Assembly: GCA_965213925.1 (NCBI GenBank)
Contig: OZ243927.1
Location: 2,592,001 to 2,656,000, forward strand
Reading direction: 5' to 3'
Length of the DNA stretch: 64,000 nt
From: Trueperaceae bacterium
GTDB taxonomy: Bacteria > Deinococcota > Deinococci > Deinococcales > Trueperaceae
Shown here: in pieces, positions 50,345 through 62,437 of the stretch
Layout of the letters: each line of letters starts with the position of its first letter
Numbering within the stretch: position 1 is the stretch's first letter
Program-made: the position numbers and the translations under genes
Notes under the pieces: generated by a model
Seen by the model: the letters and a program-made list of their open reading frames with translations, nothing else
The model's database searches: none
What the model was told of the DNA's origin: nothing

Positions 50345-50641
50345 CGCCGGGGTACGGAGTCCTTGCTGCTTAGCGTCGAGCGTACAGTCAACGAGGCTGT
50401 AGCGCGGATGTCTGACCGGCTCGCCAAGCTCCTCGCCCGCACCGCTATCGAGAGCAGCGCGACGCGCAAAGCGCAGAACATCTACAAGCACCTCGAGGGG
50501 GCTCCCGAAGCCACCATACGCGAGGTGAATGACCTGGCTTGGCAGCGTGCGGTCAAGATGCTCAAGGAGCGGCACGGTGACATCCATGAGGTCGCAGCGG
50601 CCCTGAGCTATCTGAGTTACGAGGTCGGTTCAGATGAGTGA
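50345..50641 (+). pseudogene. 3' part of a relaxase-accessory gene
   Basis: VERTVNEAVARMSDRLAKLLARTAIES...WQRAVKML overlapping the relaxase start; 5' end unclear. Confidence 0.45.
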
Positions 50642-51332
50642 CCCGGTCTTCGGCGAGATCGCACGAGAGGAAGGGCGCGGCTATTTAGGGCGGCGTACGA
50701 TTTCGGTGGTGAGGCTGCCTCAATACCGTGCTCCTTTGGCTCGAGCGGGCAGCGTCTCATCGCGACCAAACACCAAGAGAGCCGTGATCAAAATGAACTA
50801 CGTGATTCGAGGACGGGGGAGCGCCCGCTGCATTAAAGCGAGTGCGCGGTACTACCAGACCCGCGAGACGGAGGCGGGCGAGCGCGTCGTGCGCCCCGCC
50901 TTCGCCGAGGACGCCGAGGTGCTGTCCCGCCAAGAGGTCAACCATCGGCTTTCGGAAGCAGACCAGACCCACCGGCTGCACTACCGCGTCGTGCTGTCGC
51001 CGGGAACGGACCGAAACGCCGAAGGTGGCGATCTCGAGGGGTGGACGCGGGGTGTCATGCGCGACTTAGGGACGAGGCACGGCTCCTCCTGGCTCGCCGT
51101 CGCGCACGCCCGTGAAACGGCACACACTCCCTACGCTCACGTCCACGTCCTCGCCTCGGTGGACGCCAAGGTCAACAAGACAACGCTACAAACGTGGCGC
51201 GAGATTGCAGACTAGGCATGGGGACGTGAACTGAACTTCCAGCGCTCGCTCGAGCCTAACGGCTGGAGTGAAGGGGATATGCGGCAGGTGCGTGAGCGCT
51301 TTGCCCGTCTGCAGCAGGGGCTCGAGCGGTGA
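50634..51332 (+). pseudogene. HUH relaxase (MOBP-like) with internal TAG
   Basis: ARYYQTR, HYRVVLSP, AVAH...AHVHVL; TAG at 51213-51215, frame continues to a TGA overlapping the next GTG. Confidence 0.75.
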
Positions 51333-53314
51333 GCGTCCGTTACCCTTTACTCGTCAGCATAGCTGGCGTCGGTTTCGTGATCTCGGTCGCCCTCTTCTTG
51401 ATACCCGTAATCGAAGTGTACCGGAGCGAGCACCGCCGCCTCCTCGCGCTGTATGCGCCCGTGATTGACGCACCAGCGCAGGCATATGTGCAGTGTTTTA
51501 TGGCGCAGGGGTGCTTCGCACAGTGGTCGAGCGCGGTCAATACCGTCGCGCCGCTACCTTTTCTAGGCGTGCTCGCGTCACTCGTTCTAGCTGCGTGCGG
51601 CTTAGACCCGAAGTAAATCTCGAGGGTCTACACGGGCACCTTCGGCGACCGTGCACACTTCCGCTCGCTGCGTCTCGCCGACCCCTTACACGACCCGGTG
51701 GCGGGCAGGTCGCTCCTCATTGGCTATCACGTGCCGCTCCCCGACACGCAGCCCGAGCGCGCCCTAACGCTCCAGGGTGAGCGTTTAGAAGGGCTCGACC
51801 CTCAGCTCCTCGCGCTGCAGCCCGGCTACGGAGGGCGACCTGAACTCGGCCACGCTGCGGTGTTCGGCGCAACGCGCTCGGGTAAGTCGCTCCACCTGAC
51901 CGCGCAGCTCGGACGCTGGTCGGGTTCATTCGCCGCTCTGGACATCCGGGGCGAACTTTACCGGCGCACCGCTGGGCTCAAGGCGCGAGGCGGCGAGGTG
52001 GTGGTGCTGAGCCCCGAGGGAGTCGGTGCGCGTTACGACGCGCTCTCCGAAATCATCGCCACATGCAACGGCTACGCGACTGCCGCCGAGATCATCGCCG
52101 CGCGGCATGAGGATCAAGAAAAGGCGTTCGCAGACCGGGCGGCGTCGGGCATCGAGGCGGCGCTGCGGGCAGCGGTGCGTCTGGGCGAACGCCCAATCCC
52201 CTTCCTGCGCAGGTTGGTGAAAGAGGGCGGAGTCAAAACCTTCGTCGAGACGATCTACGCGGTGAACGACGACGAGACCCGAGTGGCGCTCAACACCTTC
52301 TTAGACCCGAACTCGGGGGCGGACTTCAGCCCGGCTAAGGTCCTCGAGGACAAGTTCTTGGTAAGTTCGTGGGGCTCGATGCGCAACAAGCTTAAACCGT
52401 TCCTACGTGCTGGTGTACAGTCCCTCTTCAGCGGCAGCGACTTCAGCGCTGCCGACCTGATGAAGCGGCCCACGGGTGTCTACCTGCAGTTTCCGGAGGA
52501 GACGCCGGAGGCAACGAAGACGGTCTATGACCTGGTGGTCTCGAGCCTACTACGCGGGATGATGCGCTTCGTCGACCGCGAACGGCAGGGGGCACTACCG
52601 CGTGTGCCCGTGCTCGTTGGGTTAGACGAAGCGGCGACCGCGCCCCTAGCCGACCTCAAGACGCTTCTGGCGACCACCGCCAGCCGGGGCATCTCGGCGC
52701 TCGTATACCTGCAATCCCCGTCGCAGTTCGACGACCTCTACGGCAAGAACGTGACAACTTCCATTCTGGCGAACTGCTCGCTGGAGCTGTACTACAAGAT
52801 CGAGGACCTCGCTACGGCGCGTTACGTGTTTGAGCGCTGCGGCAAGACGTCGGCTCCGACCGAGGCGAAGAGCCAGCGGCGGCAGCTTTTCGCGCCGCCC
52901 CCGACGGTGTCGCAGAGCACCACCGGACGCGAGGTACTGACGGTTGACGAAGCGATGCTCGTCGGCGGTGAAACGCGCCAGGTCGCCTTGGGCTTCGTCT
53001 CCGGCAAGCGACCGCTGCTCTTCAAACGCTTCAACTACTACGAGCATCCGTGGCTGGACAAGCTGATGGCCGCCTACCCTGCGCCCGAACTCGAGACGTC
53101 CGTGCCGCAGTCTGAACCGACACGCGACCCTGTCCAAGCCCCGCTCCAGCGTCTAAGCCGGTCGCGGAGACGCCTGACATCTAACGCCTCCGCACCGAGC
53201 CGCCCAGGCACGTCTGGCGCGGCTCGAGCAAGACGACGCAACCTGGCTGCCCGAAGCGTCGCTCGGTTTGCGCAGCGAGCAAGGCGCGTTGCTCACTCTG
53301 TCTTATACCCATAA
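51329..53314 (+). pseudogene. VirD4/TraG-like coupling protein with internal TAA
   Basis: Two TM helices (51329-51613), TAA, then same frame GATRSGKS, LDIRGEL, LDEA, QSPSQF..LYG, GREVLT.DE. Confidence 0.8.
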
Positions 53315-53611
53315 CCTTCCCTTAGCGGACGCCTTGCCACGCTTCGCCTCCCGTGACCCGCGAGAGGAGGTGCGCTTCGGTGTTCGCGTTGGCTACCAGG
53401 TGATGCTAGGGAGACCTTGACCTCCCTTGAGTTGTAGAGCACATGCTGCTACGTTGGCTAAAGGCATGAGAATGAGCTATTCGTCGTGACGCGGTGAACT
53501 TACCGCAACACTGTTGTCCGCGAGGAAGCTGCGGCGCTTTTGCAGGAGCTGTTAGTGAGGCTCGGTTAGGTCATAAAGTTGCTTTCTTGGCATGTCTCTT
53601 GTGCGTGTGAC

Positions 53612-55015
53612 GGTTGAGATGAGAGAGCTCCCAAGTAGCAAAGCGCTACGCTGAGGTGCGGGCGATAGCCCGGAAGGGAGCGAAAGATGAAAGGAACAGG
53701 AGCAATCGGTAGAGTGATCGGCATCGATCTAGGCGACCGCTACTCGTATGTGCATGAACTCGACAAAGAGATGGGTGAGACGCTGAGCCAAACGAGAATA
53801 CCGACCACGCCTGAAGGTTTCGCCGCGCACTTCTCCTCGACACCTCGCGCACGCATCACCGTCGAGGTAGGCAGCCACTCCCCGTGGACCAGTCGCCTGT
53901 TACAGGGATTCGGTCACGAGGTCATCGTTGCCAACCCGCACACGCTCGCGCTTATTCATGGCACAAGCCGCAAACGCGACGAGTTGGACGCTGAGAAGCT
54001 CGCTCGCTTGGCACGGCTTGACCCTAAACTGCTGTCACCCATACGTCATAGGAGTTTCCAGTTCCATGCCGATAGAACAAGGCTCAAGGTCAGAGAGGCA
54101 TTGGTGCGAGCGCGGACCAGCTTGATCGTGCATCTACGCAATCTGCTCAAAGGCTTCGGCATTCAACTTCCCAAATGCGCTGCGACCTGTTTTCATAAGC
54201 GGGTGCTCGAGCACCTACCTGAGGCGCTCAAACCTGCAGTTGAACCGCTGCTCGAGAGCCTAAAGACGATCAGCCGCCAAATCTATGAGATGAAAAAGGA
54301 CCTCGAGCAGCTCACCGCAGAGCGCTACCCGGAGGCACAATGCCTCCAGCAGGTGGTCGGCGTGGGTCCTCTTCTTTCGCTCGCCTTTATCCTCACCATC
54401 GAAGACCCGGTGCAGTTCAAGAAGAGTCGCGATGTCGGCGCGTACCTGGGGCTCGTTCCTAAACAACATCAGTCTGGTGATAGCGACCCAAGTTTAGGCA
54501 TTGGTCAGGGTGACAAGCTGCTGCGAAGTTTGCTCGTCCAAAGCGCGCAGTACAAGCTTGGTCACTTCGGTCCCGACTGCGACCTAAAGCGCTTCGGCGC
54601 AAAGATCGCTGAATCGGGCGGACAGCTAGGTCAGACGCACAGCGTCCAGCGTCTATGACGCTAACCTGTGGTAAGAAGCGGGCGATTATCGCGGTGGCAC
54701 GCAAGCTGGCGGTGCTCTTGCACCGGCTTTGGACAACCGGTGAGGTCTACGATCCGTTCTACAATAGCAAGTCATTGGTAAACCGAGCGGTTTAAGGCAC
54801 CTACTCTATACCAAAGACGTGTCTAGGGGGACTGCGTCCTGTACGGGCGGCCCCACGAGGTCGTGAGTAGGCAAGCAGCCCCCACCCTTGACGGACCCCA
54901 ACACCGTTTTCGTCCAGCTTGACTGGATGCACCTTAGAGTGCGGATAGAGGCCAGCCTCAGGTTCATAAGGGTATACTCAGTAATACCTCAGCAAAAAGA
55001 AGCTCTCTCATAGAG
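53612..55015 (+). mobile_element. IS110-family element, IS1111 type (ends approximate)
   Basis: Sub-terminal inverted repeats ATGAGAGAGCT (53619-53629) / AGCTCTCTCAT (55001-55011); long 3' non-coding region. Confidence 0.8.
53687..54795 (+). pseudogene. IS110 DEDD recombinase disrupted by a ~41-bp insertion
   Basis: IGIDLG, VEVG, KRDELDA, GVGP, GLVPKQHQSG; C-terminal GKKRAIIAVARKLAVLL continues in another frame after 54667. Confidence 0.85.
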
Positions 55016-55244
55016 ACCGTTAATTGCATAATGCTGAACGCTGGTTCCACTAGATTCTCACGGCGTGATCCTTCGCAAGGAGAAACTCTAAACCGAGCGC
55101 ACTATCCCATGTTCATTGAGGATACGCTTATATGCCGAGGGCATGGAGCGTATGGGCAATGTGCTTTCGTCCACCTACTAACGACATCCAAGGCGTAGAG
55201 ACATTTTGCTATGACGGGACGCCTCGGCATCTAAGCCTTAACTA

Positions 55245-56678
55245 TCAATGCTTGATCATCACGTGTTTGGTGACCTGATAGTCCCTGACCGCTTCAACCG
55301 ACATGTCTTTACCGAAGCCCGACTGCTTAAAGCCGCCATGCGGTCCTTCGGAGATCAGTTGCGTGTGGTCGTTCACCCAGAGCGTGCCGTACTCGAGCTG
55401 ACCACTAAGATGCAACGCTCGCCCCACATCTTTTGTGAAGATCGAGGCAGCCAAGCCGTAAGGGACATCGTTGGCGAGCGACACCGCGTCGGCTTCATCC
55501 TCATAAGAGGAGAGCACCAACACAGGACCGAAGACTTCGCTCTGCATGATTTCCGAATCCTGTTTTGCGCCCCTTATCACGGTGGGTTCGAAGTAGTAGC
55601 CCGCGCCCTCCTGAGCGTTGCCCCCTAGAATGACTTCGGCTCCCTCCGCCTCAGCACGTTTCACGAACCCTTCGACGCGCGAACGTTGCGCCTGCGAAAT
55701 GAGGGGTCCCACCATCGTATCGTTCGCAAAGGGGTCGCCGACTTGAACCACTTTCATCGCTTCGATTAGGGCTTCTTCCACCTCCTTGTAACGCGCTTTC
55801 GGCGCGTAGACTCGCGTGGCAGCAGTGCAATCCTGACCCGTGTTTACAATCGCGGCGAGGCTCGCTTTTTGGGCGACGAGACCGATATCAGCGTCCTCGA
55901 AGACCAAGACGGGCGCTTTGCCGCCCAGCTCGAGATGTACTCTTTTAAGCGTCTTCGCCGCGCTCGCCATAGTTTTTTTACCTGTCGCCGTTGACCCCGT
56001 TAAACTGACCATTCGGACGAGCGGATGCTCTAAGGCGGCTTGTCCGACCTCCGCACCGCCCGAAACGATATTGACGACACCCTCAGGAATCCCCGCCTCT
56101 CGGATGAGGTCCGCGAGCATCAAGGTGGTCAGCGGCGTTTCCTGAGCGGGTTTGAGCACGACGGTGCACCCCGCCGCCAGCGCCGGTCCGAGCTTCCACG
56201 CCGCCATCATAAGCGGATAGTTCCAGGGCGCAATCTGCCCGACGACACCGACGCTCTCGCGCCGGAACATCGAGGTGTAGCCCGGTGCGTAGTCGCCCGC
56301 TGCCATACCGTTCGTATCGCGAGCTGCCGCCGCGAAGAAGCGCAGGTTATCGACTACAAAGGGCAAGTCGGTGGCGAGGCTCAAAAACGCATAAGGCTTG
56401 CCTGTATTCTCGCTCTCGACTTTGGCAAACGCTTCAGTGCGTGTCTCGAGCAAGTCAGCAAGCCGCCACAGCGCATTCGAACGCTCGCCCGGCGTCAGTT
56501 TCGACCAGCGCCCATCCGTAAAAGCGTTGTGCGCTGCGTAGACAGCGGCGTCAACGTCCTCTCCGGTCGCCTCAGCGACTTCAGCAACCCTTTCACCCGT
56601 CGCCGGATTTTCGATGGGCGTACGAGCGTCACCCTTGCTTTTGGTTCACTGACCGTCGATGAATAGGTCGAATTTCAT
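55245..56678 (-). pseudogene. Aminobutyraldehyde dehydrogenase-like aldehyde dehydrogenase with early TGA
   Basis: MKFDLFIDGQ*TKS...NPATGE (TGA at 56646-56648), PWNYPL, LELGGKAP, GQDCTAATR, EVFGPV, GGFKQSGFGKD. Confidence 0.85.
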
Positions 56679-56750
56679 ATAACCTCCGGCGGTTAAAAGA
56701 ACCTTCATGCACTTGAAACGCACCTCACACTAGCCTGGTTTGACCTACCC

Positions 56751-57566
56751 TTACACGCCCCACCCAAACCTGACGAGGTGAAGTGCGCTCAGCGCAGACG
56801 CTTCACGCCACCCACGCCACACTGCTTCGACTTGCTGGGTTTGCCCTAAGCTGTCCCTCCCTAAACTCCGCAGATATAACCCCTCGCCAAACGCACCGTG
56901 AACGAGCGATTCGCCGAACGTAGGACGAACGACGCGCTGCTCTTCCTTACGCTGCTCCTTCTCACTGCGGGACGCTTCGTCCCACAGCCACACGCCCGCA
57001 GCGAGATAGGTGTGCGTGTCCGAAATACCGAGATGAGACGCGGAGCGCGGGGTCAGCTCGAGCCCGTCCGCATAAACCAACCTCTTCTCACGGTAGATAT
57101 GCAAGCGGCTCGAGACCCGCCGAAAACTAAAGACCTCACGGTGTGCGGTGCGCCCCATAGAAAAGCGCTCCAACGTGCCGAAGCGAGCGCCCTCGTCCAG
57201 ATAAACCTCGGTGCGCTGAGTAAAGTCAGCGTCTCGGTAGGGAATCACTAAACCGGGGTAGTATTCAAGCTCTGCCCCGCGCTCGACGTGCACCGTGACC
57301 TTCTGACACGCCGAGCCGCCAGGCATCGTGTGAAGTTTGGTCGCCGACTGATTGACGAGCACAACTTTTGCGCCCGTTTTAACAGAAATAGAGAGGTCGT
57401 AATGGTCCCCTTTCATCACGCCCGGACCGACGTTGAGAAGTTGCAACACTACCCGCCCGTCCGCTAGGGGAAAGGGTCGCAGGATTTTGAGCGGACTGCC
57501 GACGAACTGCTCTGCTAGATAAGTTCGTCCTGCTCGCTCGCGAAAGGTCAGCTCGAGCCGACTCAC
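56751..57566 (-). CDS. ureD: Urease accessory protein UreD
   Basis: PLKILRPF, G...GD, QSATK, GRTAHRE; last gene of the operon. Confidence 0.85.
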   Translation of the reverse strand: MSRLELTFRERAGRTYLAEQFVGSPLKILRPFPLADGRVVLQLLNVGPGVMKGDHYDLSISVKTGAKVVLVNQSATKLHTMPGGSACQKVTVHVERGAELEYYPGLVIPYRDADFTQRTEVYLDEGARFGTLERFSMGRTAHREVFSFRRVSSRLHIYREKRLVYADGLELTPRSASHLGISDTHTYLAAGVWLWDEASRSEKEQRKEEQRVVRPTFGESLVHGAFGEGLYLRSLGRDSLGQTQQVEAVWRGWREASALSALHLVRFGWGV

Positions 57567-57586
57567 CCCGTGCTGACGTACTACAC

Positions 57587-58201
57587 TCAGGCGCTGACCT
57601 CTTCAAAGAGCACGTCGCGCCTAATCCAACCGATGACCTCTTCGACGCCCGCGCCCGCTTTGAGGTTCGTAAAGACCTGCGGCTTCTCCCCGCGCTGCGC
57701 CTTCGCGTCGCGCTCCATCACGCTCAAGTCCGCGCCGACAAGAGGTGCGAGGTCGGTCTTATTGATGATCAAGAGGTCGCTCCGCGTCACGCCGGGACCG
57801 CCCTTGCGCGGCACCTTGTCGCCGCCCGATACATCCACCACGTAGATGCTCACGTCCACGAGTTCCGGGCTAAAGGACGCCGAGAGGTTATCGCCGCCGG
57901 ACTCGAGAAACAAGATATCCAACTCGGGATAATGCCCCATCATCTCATCCACCGCCTCCTGATTGATGGACGTGTCCTCCCGAATTGCCGTGTGCGGACA
58001 GCCGCCCGTCTGCACCCCTTTAATGCGCTCCGTGGGCAGTGCACCCGAGCGGTTCAAGAACTCCGCGTCCTCGTAGGTGTAGATGTCGTTGGTGATGACC
58101 GCGACGCTGTAGTTTTCCCTCATCCGCTTGCAGAGCGCGTCCAAAAGCGCCGTTTTGCCTGAGCCTACCGGACCACCGATGCCGATTTTGACGGGTTTCA
58201 T
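57587..58201 (-). CDS. ureG: Urease accessory GTPase UreG
   Basis: [33 protein letters not shown]. Confidence 0.96.
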   Translation of the reverse strand: MKPVKIGIGGPVGSGKTALLDALCKRMRENYSVAVITNDIYTYEDAEFLNRSGALPTERIKGVQTGGCPHTAIREDTSINQEAVDEMMGHYPELDILFLESGGDNLSASFSPELVDVSIYVVDVSGGDKVPRKGGPGVTRSDLLIINKTDLAPLVGADLSVMERDAKAQRGEKPQVFTNLKAGAGVEEVIGWIRRDVLFEEVSA

Positions 58202-58248
58202 GGTTATCCTCCTCTTTGAAAGTGCGTTCAGTAATCGTCTCGTATTGG

Positions 58249-58297
58249 AAGGACTGAGGACTGAGAGAAAAGATTCTAACCTCAGTCCTCAGTCCTT
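58249..58297. repeat. Heptamer-based palindrome (AGGACTG)n / (CAGTCCT)n
   Basis: Perfect 17-bp inverted repeat; related copy at 62329-62392. Confidence 0.8.
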
Positions 58298-58318
58298 TTC
58301 TCTTTACTTCTAGGGTTT

Positions 58319-58969
58319 TCATGACTGGAACAGCCTCGAGTACAAAAACGCCTGCTGATGCGCCCGAACATCGAGTGCTGGCGTTGCCGAGAAGAGGTTG
58401 GCGTGCGGGTCTGCCAATACGCGCTCCACTACGTTTACTATATCCGGTTGGAAACGAGTCAATATCTCCTGCGCTTGCTCGGGGCTAAGAGGCATACAGC
58501 GCGTGGCGGCGGCGAGTGAAGAGGTTAAGGTGGACTGTGCGAAGGCGAGTAAGAGAGGTTGAAGTTGGATGTCTAAACGCCGCCCAAGTGCGCCGAGGGC
58601 GACAGCTTGATGCGGTTCGCTCAGTTCGAAGTCCAGTACTTGCGGGTAGATTCGCGCCGCGAGCGTGAGGAGCCGTTTGCCGAGTTTGAGGCTGGTGTTT
58701 CTTAGACCTGGAATAGGTTTCCAAGCCGTAACCTCTTGGCAAAGGTTATTGAGAACCTCTTCGTCTTCCGCTGCAAACGCGAGCGCACACGCCGCCAGGT
58801 CTAAGCGCCCGAAGCCTAACTCTAACTGTACACTCAAGACCTCTTCCAAGCCTTCTTTATCTAACCCCATCTGCGCGTAGGTCTCCAAACCCGACGAATG
58901 CGCGAAGCTGCCGATGGGAAAGGCGGAGTCGGTGAGTTGGAGGAGGCGGAGGAAGCTGAGATGGTCCAC
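58319..58969 (-). CDS. ureF: Urease accessory protein UreF
   Basis: LQLTDSAFPIGSFAHSSGLE, C-terminal YSRLFQS; GTG start at 58969. Confidence 0.92.
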   Translation of the reverse strand: MDHLSFLRLLQLTDSAFPIGSFAHSSGLETYAQMGLDKEGLEEVLSVQLELGFGRLDLAACALAFAAEDEEVLNNLCQEVTAWKPIPGLRNTSLKLGKRLLTLAARIYPQVLDFELSEPHQAVALGALGRRLDIQLQPLLLAFAQSTLTSSLAAATRCMPLSPEQAQEILTRFQPDIVNVVERVLADPHANLFSATPALDVRAHQQAFLYSRLFQS

Positions 58970-58982
58970 GTCAGAGTGTAAG

Positions 58983-59273
58983 CTAACCCTCTTCGGGAAC
59001 GAAAAAACGATAAGTATTCTCGTTTGGTTTCTGCCAAAGAAGCCTTCCGCAGTTTGGACATTCGTATAGTCGACCGTGCGAATCAAACACTGTCCGGTCA
59101 GCTTCTGAAATGTGCTCACTCACCGTACTCGACTTCTCCCCGTTCGCAGTCTGTAGTAGAGCTTCAGCGTCAATCATTTGCTCATAATCTCTGTCTAGGA
59201 CCGTTGTCCATCCCTCATCAGGTATAGGCGTTAAGTTGTGGACGTAGCCGCATTTGCAAACAAGTTTAGGCAT
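58983..59273 (-). CDS. Small Zn-ribbon-like hypothetical protein inside the urease operon
   Basis: MPKLVCKCG...YECPNCGRL; lower GC than its neighbours. Confidence 0.65.
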   Translation of the reverse strand: MPKLVCKCGYVHNLTPIPDEGWTTVLDRDYEQMIDAEALLQTANGEKSSTVSEHISEADRTVFDSHGRLYECPNCGRLLWQKPNENTYRFFVPEEG

Positions 59274-59299
59274 AGTTTGAACAGGTGCTCCAACCAAGT

Positions 59300-59746
59300 T
59301 TAATGACTATGCTCCCCCGGCGGCTTCCCTCTAAAGGGTCTCTGGGTACGCTCCGCCGCTAACCCTTCTTTCTCCAACCTCTGCTCGAGCGGCATGTTCC
59401 AGAGCGCAAACACTTGACCCGCTTGAATATCAATATCGCGGTGCAAGTTGCCGATCAAATGACCAATGAAGGCGGCTTGTTCGATGTTCTCGGGTGTCAC
59501 CACGAGCACCTCTTCGGGCGCGGCGGTAACGACGTAGGCTTTATTTCCCTCGGCGTGGAGGGCGTGACCGACGTGTAAGGTGGTGCCGGTGGGCAGCTCG
59601 AGCGCAAATTCCTGCCCGTCCGACGCCGTCAAACGACGCCGCACCCGCTGACGGTCTTCGCTGGTCATGGGGAGTTCGACGACTTCATAATCATCGAAGT
59701 GATGGAGGTGCGGCAGGCTTTGAATGCGAATCAGGGTTTGGGGCAT
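59300..59746 (-). CDS. ureE: Urease accessory protein UreE
   Basis: RQRVRRRL.ASDG, GHLIGNLH, C-terminal EHSH. Confidence 0.88.
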   Translation of the reverse strand: MPQTLIRIQSLPHLHHFDDYEVVELPMTSEDRQRVRRRLTASDGQEFALELPTGTTLHVGHALHAEGNKAYVVTAAPEEVLVVTPENIEQAAFIGHLIGNLHRDIDIQAGQVFALWNMPLEQRLEKEGLAAERTQRPFRGKPPGEHSH

Positions 59747-59789
59747 AGATAGGGGTCTCCAATCGGAACAAGGGGTTGCAACCTCTTGC

Positions 59790-61492
<1,703 letters not shown>

Positions 61493-61496
<4 letters not shown>

Positions 61497-61873
61497 CCGT
61501 CGGCTCCTACGTCAACCTCTTGATAACCCTGCGCTTTCGCCCCCCTTAGGGCGTCGGCTTGGTTGGACCCCAACCCTCCATTTACCAACGCATTCATCCC
61601 ATAAACCTCTCGCTTTCCACTAAACGCCACGAGCGTCACCTCGCGTCCTTCACCCGGCTCGAAGCGCAAGGCGGTTCCCGCTGGTACGTCCAAGCGAAAG
61701 CCGTATGCCTGTTCTCGGCTGAACCTGAGCGCCTTGTTGACCTCAAAGAAGTGCGTGTGCGAGCCGACTTGGATGGGTCTGTCGCCGGTGTTGTCCACGC
61801 GCAAGGTGACGCTCTCACGCCCCGCGTTGAGTTCAATCTCGCCTTCGTCTACGAGCAGTTCACCTGGAATCAT
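61493..61873 (-). CDS. ureB: Urease beta subunit
   Basis: [31 protein letters not shown]. Confidence 0.97.
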
Positions 61874-61887
61874 CTTAGCTCCTTAAA

Positions 61888-62000
61888 AGCGTGTCAGCAT
61901 TTCAGCGTGTCAGCTAGTCAGGAAAACCTAAGTCCAGTCAGCCAATCCGGGTTGTGCTTTCTGGTTTTCCTGAAGTGCTGAAACGCTGACTAGCTGAGTT
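61888..62000. repeat. Imperfect palindrome of short TCAGC/GCTGA repeats between ureA and ureB
   Basis: TCAGCATTTCAGCG..TCAGCTAGTCAGGAAAACC ... GGTTTTCCTGA..GCTGAAACGCTGACTAGCTGA. Confidence 0.7.
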
Positions 62001-62002
62001 GC

Positions 62003-62305
62003 TCACCTAATCGGGTCATGAATCGTCACCAGCTTCGTCCCGTCGGGAAACGTCCCTTCCACCTGAATCTCTAGGACCATCTCGGGCACGCCCTCCATTA
62101 CGTCGTCGCGCCCCAAAATCGTCGCGCCGTAGCTCATCAAATCGGGGACGCTCCGCCCGTCGCGGATGCCCTCCAACACCTCAGCGGTGATGAGCGCGAT
62201 GGCTTCAGGGTGATTGAGCTTGAGCCCCCGTTCTCTGCGGCGACGCGCTACTTCTGCCGCCGTGAAGATGAGGAGCTTGTCGCGTTCGCGTTCGGTGAGT
62301 CGCAT
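62003..62305 (-). CDS. ureA: Urease gamma subunit
   Basis: [35 protein letters not shown]. Confidence 0.97.
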   Translation of the reverse strand: MRLTERERDKLLIFTAAEVARRRRERGLKLNHPEAIALITAEVLEGIRDGRSVPDLMSYGATILGRDDVMEGVPEMVLEIQVEGTFPDGTKLVTIHDPIR

Positions 62306-62328
62306 GGGATAGTTTACCTCTTGTGAGG

Positions 62329-62392
62329 AAGGACTGAGAGAAGAGGACTGAGAGGAAAGTTCTCTAACCTCAGTCCTCAGCACTCAGTCCTT
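62329..62392. repeat. Second heptamer-based palindrome (GGACTGAG / CTCAGTCC)
   Basis: Shares AAGGACTGAG, TCTAACCTCAGTCCTCAG and CAGTCCTTTTCTCTT with the 58249 copy. Confidence 0.8.
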
Positions 62393-62437
62393 TTCTCTTA
62401 CTAAACGCATCTCAATAACGGCGGGTAGGAGGTCGCG

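Larger units (their letters stand above)
40116..55015. mobile_element. Island B: decayed conjugative/mobilisable element (right boundary uncertain)
   Basis: Relaxase, VirD4-like, ardC, parB, ssb and defence relics follow the att repeat; no integrase or distal att copy seen. Confidence 0.65.

Noticed and set aside
50177..50587. Track ORFs 50177-50641 (+) and 50201-50587 (-) as intact overlapping genes
   Set aside because: Each looks protein-like only in its 3' part; better explained as two relics joined at a deletion.
53300..55245. Third tRNA-Val att copy closing island B
   Set aside because: Searched by eye and not found, so the right boundary is left uncertain.
30234..56648. TGA recoded as Trp (in-frame TGA at likely Trp positions in hsdM 30234, the mob relic 50201 and the aldehyde dehydrogenase 56646)
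   Set aside because: TGA terminates many intact genes at their expected ends (nrnA, gabT, ureA, ureB, ureG), conserved genes use TGG, and nearby TAG/TAA nonsense codons fit the same C:G>T:A decay.
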